A stretch of DNA of 64,000 nt from Sedimentisphaerales bacterium (GTDB lineage Bacteria > Planctomycetota > Phycisphaerae > Sedimentisphaerales > Anaerobacaceae). Under the pieces are notes generated by a model. It saw only the letters and a list, made by a program, of their open reading frames with translations, did not search any database and was not told the DNA's origin. The position numbers and the translations under genes are program-made. Positions 21,749-30,485 of the stretch are shown piece after piece; the first letter of the stretch is position 1; each line of letters starts with the position of its first letter. The DNA lies in the NCBI GenBank assembly GCA_963708075.1, contig OY970194.1:6464001-6528000 (forward strand). The letters run 5' to 3'.

Positions 21749-24559
21749 ATGCCACTGTCATGGAATGAGATTCGTCAGCGTGCCATCGTCTTTAGCAAAG
21801 AGTGGACGGACGTTACGCGCGAAGCCAGCGAACGTCAAACGTTCTGGAACCACTTCTTCTACGTCTTCGGCGTCCGCCGACGCACGGTCGCCACCTTTGA
21901 GGAACCGGTCAAAAAACTCTCGGGCGATTGGGGCTTCATCGACCTGTTCTGGCCGGGCAAGCTGCTTGTAGAGCACAAGTCTCGCGGCGGGGACTTGGGC
22001 AAGGCTCATGCGCAAGGTATGGACTACATCCGTGGACTCAAAGATAGCGGGCGCGACCGCGAGATTCCGCGTTGGCTGATCGTCTCGGATTTCGCACGCA
22101 TCGCCGTCCATGATCTTGAGCCAGAACAAGACCCTAACGCGCCCCTGTTCAAGCGTCTGCCCCCGAGTGTCGAATTCCCGCTGGCCGATTTCCACAAATA
22201 CATTCGTCATTTCGCATTCATTCCCGGCTACACTTATCATAAGCTCAACGCCGAAGATCCCGCCAATCTAGAAGCGACGCAGCTCATGTGCGACCTGCAC
22301 GATGCCTTGGAAGCAGGCGGCTATACTGGGCATGCACTCAAGCGATTTCTTGTTCGGATACTCTTCTGCCTCTTTGCGGAGGACAACGGCATCTTTCCCC
22401 CTAACGCCTTTGAGTTGTTTATCCGTGAGCGTACGGCGGAGGATGGCTCGAATCTTGGCGTCAGCATTGAACATTTCTTCCGCGTCCTGAACACTGAGAT
22501 CCCGCGACGCCAGCACAACCTCGACGAGGACCTTAGCCAATTGCCGTATGTCAACGGTGACCTGTTCGCTGAGCATCTCGACTTCGCCGAATTCAACAGT
22601 GACATGCGCAACCGGCTGCTTGCGTGCTGCGGTTTCCACTGGGAAGCTATCTCGCCTGCGGTCTTTGGTTCGCTCTTCCAAGCGGTCATGGACAGCAAGG
22701 AACGCCGACAGATCGGCGCGCATTACACAGCCGAGAAGAACATTCTCAAACTCATCCGCTCCCTGTTCCTCGACGAACTCCGTGCTGAGTTTGAGAACAT
22801 CAAGGCCGACCGCTCCACGCGCCGTATCAGGCGTCTGGAAGACTTCCACGAGAAACTCGTTAAGCTCCGTTTCTTTGATCCAGCTTGTGGCTGCGGCAAT
22901 TTCCTCGTCCTAACGTATCGCGAACTCCGCAGACTGGAACTCGAAGTCCTTGTTGAGCTTCAGGGCCCGCAGCGACATTTGTCGCTTGACGACGTTTACC
23001 GGCTCTCCAAGCTGGACGTCCACCAGTTCTACGGCATTGAGATTGAAGAATTCCCGGCGCGCATCGGCGAGGTCGCGCTGTGGTTGACCGACCATCAGGC
23101 CAATGCCGCGATTTCGGAGGCATTCGATCAGTCTTATGACCGCTTGCCATTACGTTCATCCCCGCACATACACGTTGGCAACGCCCTCCGTATGGACTGG
23201 CGAGAAGTGATTCCGCAAGAACAATGCTCCTATATCCTCGGTAATCCACCATTTGTAGGAAAGCACTTGCTGACGGACGAGCAAGATGCGGACATGGAGC
23301 TTGTCTGGGGTGATACTGCGGGTACGGGAGTGCTCGACTACGTGACGGCGTGGTACCGGCACGCCGCTGAATACATCCAGGGCACGCGAATCCGGGTGGG
23401 CTTTGTCTCCACGAATTCAGTCTCGCAAGGCGAGCAAGTTGGGGCACTCTGGCAACCGCTTTTTCGGGAATACGGCCTGAAAATCCAGTTCGCTCACCGC
23501 ACATTTGCATGGGAGAGTGAAGCGCGGGGCAAGGCGCATGTCCATGTGGTCATCATTGGTTTTGGCGCGTTTGACACTAGCGGCAAACGCATCTATGATT
23601 ACGGAGAGGACCCTGAGAAGGCTATGGTGAGCACGGCAGGCAACATCAGCCCCTACCTTATCGAGGGGCCAGATGTCGTCATTACGTCGCGCAGTAACCC
23701 TATCTGCCAAGTGCCGGAGTGCACATATGGCAACAAACCGACTGATGGTGGCCACCTCATCATTGAAGAGGAGGAGCGGAGAGGGTTCCTGGAAGAAAAC
23801 CCAGAAGCTGAGAAGTTCATCCGTCCGCTCTTATGCGCCGACGAATACCTTCACTCAGTTCCGCGTTGGTGTCTGTGGCTTGTCGATGCGTCGCCATCAA
23901 AGACTCGGTCCATAGCGGGAATCAAGAAGCGTGTCGAGGCAGTTCGGGCCTTTCGCCTTGCCAGCAAGAAGAAAGCGACGCGTGAAATGGCAGACCAGCC
24001 CACAGTATTCGCGGAAATCAGACAGCCGACATTTCGCTTTGTTGTCGTCCCACAGCACACATCGCAGCTACGACGCTATATTCCATTCGGCTACTTCCCT
24101 CCAGACTACATTGTCCACAACAGTTGCTCCGCGATACCAGACGCCACGCTCTATCATTTTGGTGTCTTGTCATCTGAGATGCACATGGCTTGGGTCAGAA
24201 CAGTCTGCGGTCGCATCAAGTCTGATTATCGGTATTCAACGAATCTCGTCTATAACAACTATCCTTGGCCGCGGACACCGACGGACAAGCAGCGAGCGGC
24301 GGTGGAAGCGGCCGCGCAGGGGGTTTTGGATGTGAGGGCCAAGTACCCGGCCTCGACCTTGGCCGACCTTTACGACCCTTTGACGATGCCGGGCCCGCTA
24401 CTCAAAGCCCATCAATCGCTCGACCGCGCTGTAGATCGCTGCTATCGGAAAGAACGTTTCGAAAGTGACCTCCAGCGTGTCGAATACCTCTTCGCCCTCT
24501 ACGAGAAGATTACAGCCCCCTTACTGCCGACGGCTAAGTCGAAGAGGAAACGCCGGTAA
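21749..24559 (+). CDS. MmeI-family (type IIL/IIG) fused restriction endonuclease-N6 DNA methyltransferase
   Basis: MPLSWNEIRQRA..FW..F..FG; catalytic motif IDLFWPGKLLVEHKS; AHYT; motif I FFDPACGCGNFL; motif IV GNPPF; FVSTNSVSQGEQ; GRIKSDYRYS..VYNNYPWP; LADLYDP. Confidence 0.92.
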   Translation: MPLSWNEIRQRAIVFSKEWTDVTREASERQTFWNHFFYVFGVRRRTVATFEEPVKKLSGDWGFIDLFWPGKLLVEHKSRGGDLGKAHAQGMDYIRGLKDSGRDREIPRWLIVSDFARIAVHDLEPEQDPNAPLFKRLPPSVEFPLADFHKYIRHFAFIPGYTYHKLNAEDPANLEATQLMCDLHDALEAGGYTGHALKRFLVRILFCLFAEDNGIFPPNAFELFIRERTAEDGSNLGVSIEHFFRVLNTEIPRRQHNLDEDLSQLPYVNGDLFAEHLDFAEFNSDMRNRLLACCGFHWEAISPAVFGSLFQAVMDSKERRQIGAHYTAEKNILKLIRSLFLDELRAEFENIKADRSTRRIRRLEDFHEKLVKLRFFDPACGCGNFLVLTYRELRRLELEVLVELQGPQRHLSLDDVYRLSKLDVHQFYGIEIEEFPARIGEVALWLTDHQANAAISEAFDQSYDRLPLRSSPHIHVGNALRMDWREVIPQEQCSYILGNPPFVGKHLLTDEQDADMELVWGDTAGTGVLDYVTAWYRHAAEYIQGTRIRVGFVSTNSVSQGEQVGALWQPLFREYGLKIQFAHRTFAWESEARGKAHVHVVIIGFGAFDTSGKRIYDYGEDPEKAMVSTAGNISPYLIEGPDVVITSRSNPICQVPECTYGNKPTDGGHLIIEEEERRGFLEENPEAEKFIRPLLCADEYLHSVPRWCLWLVDASPSKTRSIAGIKKRVEAVRAFRLASKKKATREMADQPTVFAEIRQPTFRFVVVPQHTSQLRRYIPFGYFPPDYIVHNSCSAIPDATLYHFGVLSSEMHMAWVRTVCGRIKSDYRYSTNLVYNNYPWPRTPTDKQRAAVEAAAQGVLDVRAKYPASTLADLYDPLTMPGPLLKAHQSLDRAVDRCYRKERFESDLQRVEYLFALYEKITAPLLPTAKSKRKRR

Positions 24560-24660
24560 CAGTGGGACAACGAACACGGTTACAGCGGGGACAGCTACCT
24601 ACTAACGGCTCGAATAACTGGGGATGGCCACGGATTGGTTAAGATGGAGAAGACAGCGAA

Positions 24661-25383
24661 ATGGAAAAGGCACAGTCCAAGGGTGAGCACTTCACAAACA
24701 CCGTCACCCTCCTCGCGGCGCTCATAAGTCTGATCATAAGCATCATAGGCACACTTGGGGGCATGACTCCTGGAGTCCAGAGGGTCGTGCTGCCTTCAAC
24801 CATTATCATAACAGTGTGTTGCGTCTTCGCGGTGTTCGGACAAACAGGTGTTACGACGGTGAGGACGGTGGCAAAGGCCATCAGGCACCGTCGCCTCGTT
24901 CCCAGGTACTTCGACCGGTTCAGAGTGTTCGTCGACAGACTCCAGCCACTGTGTGATCGATGCCATTGTGATAGCATTCCATCTGTCCTGCGCAATTTTC
25001 CGCCGCTGCTGAGCGGCACTTTCGCGGATTTGCCAATCCAGAGCCATCTCGCGGACCTCGCAGGGACCCTGAGCTTTATGGCAAGCACGTCGCCACGAAC
25101 AAAAAGAAATCTCGTGTTATCGGTGAAGTGGTTTGATTCGGTTCTGCTCATGTATGATCGACAGTGTATCTCTGAACCCGCGAAGCAGATTCGCCTCTCC
25201 CTGGATCGGGGAATCGATGCGCAGAAGAAGCCACAGTGTGACCACGTAATGCGAGAATACCAGAAGGTCAAGCTTGGCTACGTCATGTTCCGAGAACAAT
25301 ATGCGGAGTTCGCGAGGGACATCAACAAGGCATTTGGTGAACCCATTGCACGAGAATACTACGACAAACCAGACGAGCTTTGA
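24661..25383 (+). CDS. Hypothetical membrane protein (two N-terminal TM helices), lower GC
   Basis: 240-aa ORF, GGAG upstream, atypical codon usage, bounded by GGGGACAGC (24587) and CCGGTGACAC (25404) motifs. Confidence 0.7.
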   Translation: MEKAQSKGEHFTNTVTLLAALISLIISIIGTLGGMTPGVQRVVLPSTIIITVCCVFAVFGQTGVTTVRTVAKAIRHRRLVPRYFDRFRVFVDRLQPLCDRCHCDSIPSVLRNFPPLLSGTFADLPIQSHLADLAGTLSFMASTSPRTKRNLVLSVKWFDSVLLMYDRQCISEPAKQIRLSLDRGIDAQKKPQCDHVMREYQKVKLGYVMFREQYAEFARDINKAFGEPIAREYYDKPDEL

Positions 25384-25458
25384 AAATCAAGAGGGCGGGA
25401 ATTCCGGTGACACATTACTTTATTCGAGGCCACGATATGGGGCTCCAGAGCTTTACAT

Positions 25459-26264
25459 AGGAGATCGGTGGGCATAGCCCATCGTAGCGGCTCTGGCCGA
25501 AGCCGTGTCCCGCCCTTCATCAGCGTTTATCAGCGTTCATCGGCGGTTGCATTTCCTCTGCGTCCCAGCGTCTCAGCGCGAGACGATCAGTTATTGTCAG
25601 TTCTCATTTATCAGTTCCCAGTCTGAAATCGGTGTATATCTGCGGCGGAAGGAGGGTTGATGGTTGCTGGTTGATATCTGTTGTGGGTTTCTCCGTGGTC
25701 TGCGTGTCTCCGTGGTGAGGAAAGACAGTTCTCGGTTGGCGGTTCCCAGTTGAGAATCTGCGAAAATCGGCGAAATCTGCGGATGATGATCAGTAGTCGG
25801 TAGCCGGTAGTCGGTTGTCAGTTGAAAGACTGGATTCCTGCCATCGATCAGGTCGGGGGGGGACCTTTCGCAGGAATGACAGAGTCGGTATCGGCATCAG
25901 TCGGCGGTTCCGGGGCTCGGGCTTCGCGGTTGAGAGCCGTCAAATGAATCTGGATTCCCGATCGGGTCGGGAATGACATGCGAGGGGCCTTTTTCGCGTA
26001 GTTCGCGGTTGATGATCAGTGGGCAGTGGAACAGGGATCAGGGGGATTGTGCGAAACAAAGCCAATTGATGGGGGTCGGGACCTGTGGGACGAGGGACGG
26101 GGTGAGGTGGTTCCCGCGTCGCCCGCCCCTGCGGCCTTGCCCCGGCGTCCTGCGCGAAACAAAGCCAATTGATGGGGGTCGGGACCTGTGGGACGGGGAT
26201 CGGGGTCGTGCGAAACAAAGCCAATTGGTCCTGGCGGACAGGTGGTGTGCGGTGCACACCCTAC
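25459..26264. repeat. Mosaic repeat block left of the kinase, including three GCGAAACAAAGCCAATT repeats
   Basis: 25772-25929 is the reverse complement of 28712-28861; 25466-25540 matches 29030-29097 and 32800-32875 (inverted). GCGAAACAAAGCCAATT at 26051, 26154 and 26210. Confidence 0.85.
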
Positions 26265-26957
26265 GAGACTCCCCACCGTTGTTGTGTCGTGCAGGATCAT
26301 TCTCCCACATGAGGGGGGTATTTGCAAGTGTCGGGCCGGAGGCGCGATCAGCCTCCTGGCGGCTCGGGAGGGATGAGCCGATGATCTGTTGACCGCTCAG
26401 GCGGTCGAGACGATCGATCAGGCCCGTCAGATCCCGCAATACTACGAGAGCGAGGGGCGTGGTCGGCTTTCGGTGGCGGATCCGAGCCTCGGTGTAGGAC
26501 GGGCGTCCTCGCTCGTTCCCCTTTGTCGTGCGTCTTGGCACGGCGGTTTGAGCGATTGCCCGTACTCCCCAGGGGCGAACGGGGACGTTCGCCCTACGAA
26601 GAGCGGCGTGGACTGCCACCATATTCCGGCCGCTCAATGCCGGGGTGGACGGGGAGCCGGCGGGTCTCGTGGAGCCTTCCCATCTTTGGATGGCATTCGA
26701 ATCCGATAAGTGGCAGGTCCGAGAACCGAACGTGCCATGAGGCCGTACAAAACGCTAAACCGGTGCTGAGAATTGGTCGATGCCATGAGCAGTGGCGCTG
26801 TCTCAATGGTAAAATGAGCAAAAAAATCGTTTGACTTCGGAATTGATGAATCGATAATGACCACCCGGTGGTGCTATTATCGGGTGTGACTGCTGGAGCC
26901 GAGTGGCCCGGCCCGGCAGCGAAAGGATGCAGCTCGGGGTCCCCCCGGCGGTAATTC

Positions 26958-28187
26958 ATGACGACGGAAACCAGTTACGATTCTCTGTTTGGCAAGTTGG
27001 CGGTAGACCAGGGGCTCTGCACGGACGAGGAGCTTCGCCGCGCGATCAAGGAGCTCAAGGAGCGCCGCAAGGTCGATCCCCTGATGCTCCAGGATTTGAT
27101 GGTCGAGTTGGGGTACGTCACCACAAGCCAGGCGGAGCGACTCAAGACCAGTATCAAAGAGAGCAAGGTCGCCGCCCAGCAGATTCCCGGCTACAAAATC
27201 ATCGGCAAGGTCGGGGCCGGCGCCATGGCCGTCGTGTACAAGGCCAAGCAGATCAGCCTCAACCGCACCGTCGCGATCAAAGTCCTGCCCCGGCGATTCA
27301 GCGAGAACCCCGAGTACGTGCAGCGCTTCTACAAGGAAGGCCAGGCCGCCGGCAAGCTCAACCACCCGAACATCGTGCAAGCCATCGACGTTGGCGAAGC
27401 AGGCGGGTATCATTACTTCGTGATGGAATTCGTTCAGGGCAAGACCATCGCCGACGACATCAACACCGGCAGGGTCTTTCCCGAGCAGGAGGCCATCGAG
27501 ATCATCATCCAGGTCTGCCACGCGTTGCAGCACGCCCACGCGCACGGCCTGGTCCACCGCGACGTCAAGCCCAAGAACATCATGATCAATGAGCAGGGCG
27601 TCGTGAAGCTGGCCGACATGGGTCTGGCCCGCGAGACGACCGACATCGAGGCCGCCCAGAGCGAGGAGGGCAAGGCCTACGGCACGCCATACTACATCGC
27701 CCCCGAGCAGATCCGCGGCAAAATCGACATCGACGGCCGGGCCGACATCTACGGCCTCGGCGCCACCTTCTACAACATGGTCACCGGCCGCGTCCCCTTC
27801 ACAGGCGACGACTCCGCCGAGATCATGAAAAAGCACCTCAAGGAAAAGCTCGTCCCCCCCGACCACATCAACACCTCCCTCTCCGCTGGCGTCTCCGAAG
27901 TCATCGAGATCATGATGGCCAAGCACCGCGAGGACCGCTACAAAAACGTCGAGGAAGTCCTCCTGGACCTCGAAGCCCTCCGCGAGGGCCACGCCCCCCT
28001 CCAGGCCCACAAACGCTTCGACGTCTCCATGCTCGAACAACTGGAGCAGGGCGACGTGGTCGAGCCGGAAGAAGTCGGCGATGTCAACGAAGTGATCACT
28101 CGTTACCGCCTCACCGTCATCGTCCTCGCCGCCGTCACCGCGATCTCCGTCCTGGCCGTGATCGTGCTCTTAGCCCTCCGCCGCTGA
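26958..28187 (+). CDS. Hanks-type Ser/Thr protein kinase with C-terminal TM anchor
   Basis: GAGAMAVVY, VAIKVL, HPNIV, HRDVKPKN, DMGLA (DFG variant), GTPYYIAPE and DIYGLG. Confidence 0.95.
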   Translation: MTTETSYDSLFGKLAVDQGLCTDEELRRAIKELKERRKVDPLMLQDLMVELGYVTTSQAERLKTSIKESKVAAQQIPGYKIIGKVGAGAMAVVYKAKQISLNRTVAIKVLPRRFSENPEYVQRFYKEGQAAGKLNHPNIVQAIDVGEAGGYHYFVMEFVQGKTIADDINTGRVFPEQEAIEIIIQVCHALQHAHAHGLVHRDVKPKNIMINEQGVVKLADMGLARETTDIEAAQSEEGKAYGTPYYIAPEQIRGKIDIDGRADIYGLGATFYNMVTGRVPFTGDDSAEIMKKHLKEKLVPPDHINTSLSAGVSEVIEIMMAKHREDRYKNVEEVLLDLEALREGHAPLQAHKRFDVSMLEQLEQGDVVEPEEVGDVNEVITRYRLTVIVLAAVTAISVLAVIVLLALRR

Positions 28188-28282
28188 TCCCCACGTCGCC
28201 AAACCTGTACCGCGAAGGCTCATTCAACACGGATTGCACAGATTCACACGGATTTCCAACGAATAACCAGCAACTCCCTTCC

Positions 28283-29130
28283 AACCGCGAGTCACGCGAA
28301 AAAGGCCCCGTGCATGTCATTCCTGCGAAAGCAGGAATCCAGGTCTTTTCCGATCCAGCCGCAGAGAACACCGAGCCCCCGGAGAAGGGACGCGACCCGG
28401 GCTACCCCCGCAATCGTAAATCAGAAATCGTAAATCACAAATGCAGAGGCCCCCGACCCCTGTCCCACTGACAACTGCTCATCCCCGGTCCGGCAGGACA
28501 AATTGGCTTTGTTTCGCACGAGTACCCTCGCGCCCTTCGCTCCGCATTCCGCATTCCGCACTCCGCATTCCCAAAGCCACCCAACTCTCCCAGGATTGGC
28601 TTTGTTTTGCAGAATCCGCCCCCGCCCTCGACCCCGCCATGTCATTCCCGACCCCCGATCCAACGTCGTAGGGTGGGTTCTCAACCCACGCGTTCAATGC
28701 TTGCTTGCCGCCCGCGAAGCCCGAGCCCCGGCACCGCCGACTGATGCCGATACCCACTCTGTCATTCCTGCGAAAGGCCCCCCTCGACCTGATCGAGGGC
28801 AGGAATCCAGTCTTTCAACTGACAACCGACTACCGACTACTGATCATCATCCGCAGATTTCCGACCGAGAACTGCCAACTGCCCACTGACAACTACTTCG
28901 GCCACAGAGAAAACGAAACCGCAGACGCCGTCCTGAGCGGGGCCGAAGGATAAACGCCGATGAACGTGCATTTTGAACTGGGAACTGGCCACTGAGAACC
29001 GTCAACTGTTTATCAACCGCAGACAAACCCAGATGAACGCCGATGAAGGGCCGGCACATGGCCACGGCGAGAGCCGCTACGATGGGCTATGCCCACCAAT
29101 GCCTATCATAGACGTCCGCGGAATTCCCCC
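28283..29130. repeat. Mosaic repeat block right of the kinase (inverted relative to the left block)
   Basis: AATTGGCTTTGTTTCGCAC at ~28502 and a variant at ~28594; heptamer runs AATCGTA and TCCGCAT; a GTAG REP at 28668; the 150-bp inverted copy at 28712-28861. Confidence 0.85.
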
Positions 29131-29310
29131 ATAAGCTTTTACCTGACAACCATTAATCCTTATCTCGCAATGACTTACGGCTTCGCCATTCGAACTGAAG
29201 ATCTGTATGCGCCGGTTCAGGTATAATCAGCGTGATGACGATGACCGTGCTTTGAGGGCAGTACGTGAGCATGCCCAGGGATTGGGTTGCACGTTAGGAG
29301 ACGCGGAATC

Positions 29311-29676
29311 ATGGGAGCGACAATTCGACAACAACAAGGTGACGTGTACGTGATGCGGATTACGGGGTTGCTGAGAAAATCCGAGTTGGATGCTCTGCAG
29401 GCCTCGGCGGCCAAGATGCTGGACTACGATCCCCTGTTACGCGTCAGACTGTTGATTCTCCTGGAGACGTTCGAAGGATGGGAACGCAACCCCGACTGGG
29501 GCGACATGAGCTTCTACGCCGACTATGGCGACAAGATTACCAGGATTGCCATCGTTGGCGACCCAAAATGGCAAACGGAGTTCGAGATGTTCACAGGAGC
29601 AGGATTTCGCCCGGCGCCCGTCAGATTCTTCCCTTCGGACCAACTCCAACAGGCTCGCACATGGTTGGCTGAATAG
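29311..29676 (+). CDS. STAS/SEC14 (SpoIIAA-like) domain protein
   Basis: RBS AGGAG; ITGLL..LLI.LE.FEGW..ITRIAIVGDPKW..VRFF....QARTWL pattern. Confidence 0.85.
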   Translation: MGATIRQQQGDVYVMRITGLLRKSELDALQASAAKMLDYDPLLRVRLLILLETFEGWERNPDWGDMSFYADYGDKITRIAIVGDPKWQTEFEMFTGAGFRPAPVRFFPSDQLQQARTWLAE

Positions 29677-30021
29677 GTAGGCGGCGGGAATCCAGATTCC
29701 TTGAACCACGGAGGACACGGGGACCACAGAGAAAACGAAACCGCAGATGAACGCTGATATTCAAACCGCGAAATACACGAGCCGCAACACGTTCTGTACT
29801 CTGCGTCCCTGCGTCTCTGCGCGAGACCTAATTCTTGTGGTTTCAGTAGCTTACGTGTCACCCTCTCGAAGAATCTGCGCAAGAAAACAAGATCCCAACA
29901 AGTAGTAGTACGAAGACTTCACTGTTCTGATCCCCCCTTAAAGATTAGAATAGGAGCTGACCCTCGCCGTCCTCTTGAATATGATTGAACAGGTTAATGC
30001 GGCGACAGCAGGAGCAGGTCT

Positions 30022-30435
30022 ATGACAGTGAAGACATTCTTAGAGATCGAGCAAATGGAAGGTCACCACTACGATAAGGAGAATGCGGATTTCTCATCTC
30101 TTACCGCTTGGTATGATCGGGCACGAGAAAAGCAGTTCTCTGAGTTCTCTGTCGAGGATTGGTGCAAATGCGTGAGGCAGGAATTGTACCTTAAGTACCT
30201 GATTGAGTGGCCCATTGCCGAACTGAGGAAGGACCCACTCGCTGGCGAAATGTACGATGGAGAGTTGGCAAATGCCTTCACATCTGTGAGCCAGGAGTTT
30301 TGGGTGTGCCAGGAACAGGCGAAAGAAGAGGTCAAAGCGATCTTCCGCTCCGCATATGATCAATATCCAGATAATGTGCAGCGGAACATTGACGACGTGT
30401 TACGTAGATGGGGGCAACCGGGGGGCAACTCTTGA
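30022..30435 (+). CDS. Orphan CdiI-like (contact-dependent inhibition) immunity protein
   Basis: KQFSEFSVEDWCKCVRQELYLKYLI....ELRKDPLAGEMYDGELA resembles the CdiI_3-type pattern. RBS AGGAG. Lower GC. Confidence 0.65.
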   Translation: MTVKTFLEIEQMEGHHYDKENADFSSLTAWYDRAREKQFSEFSVEDWCKCVRQELYLKYLIEWPIAELRKDPLAGEMYDGELANAFTSVSQEFWVCQEQAKEEVKAIFRSAYDQYPDNVQRNIDDVLRRWGQPGGNS

Positions 30436-30485
30436 CACTTGACAGACAGGTCCGCCTGGCTTGCATCCGCTTTGTCAAGTGTCAA

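Noticed and set aside
26330..26480. Possible gene remnant (LLAAREG*ADDLLTAQAVETIDQARQIPQYYE)
   Set aside because: Too short and interrupted; no family recognised.
26880..26955. tRNA or riboswitch in the kinase leader
   Set aside because: GC-rich but without a T-loop, cloverleaf or aptamer consensus. No tRNA or rRNA was recognised anywhere in the window.
29845..30485. Classical integron attC sites
   Set aside because: No RYYYAAC...GTTRRRY pairs at gene ends and no intI gene; the flanking motifs are of a different type.
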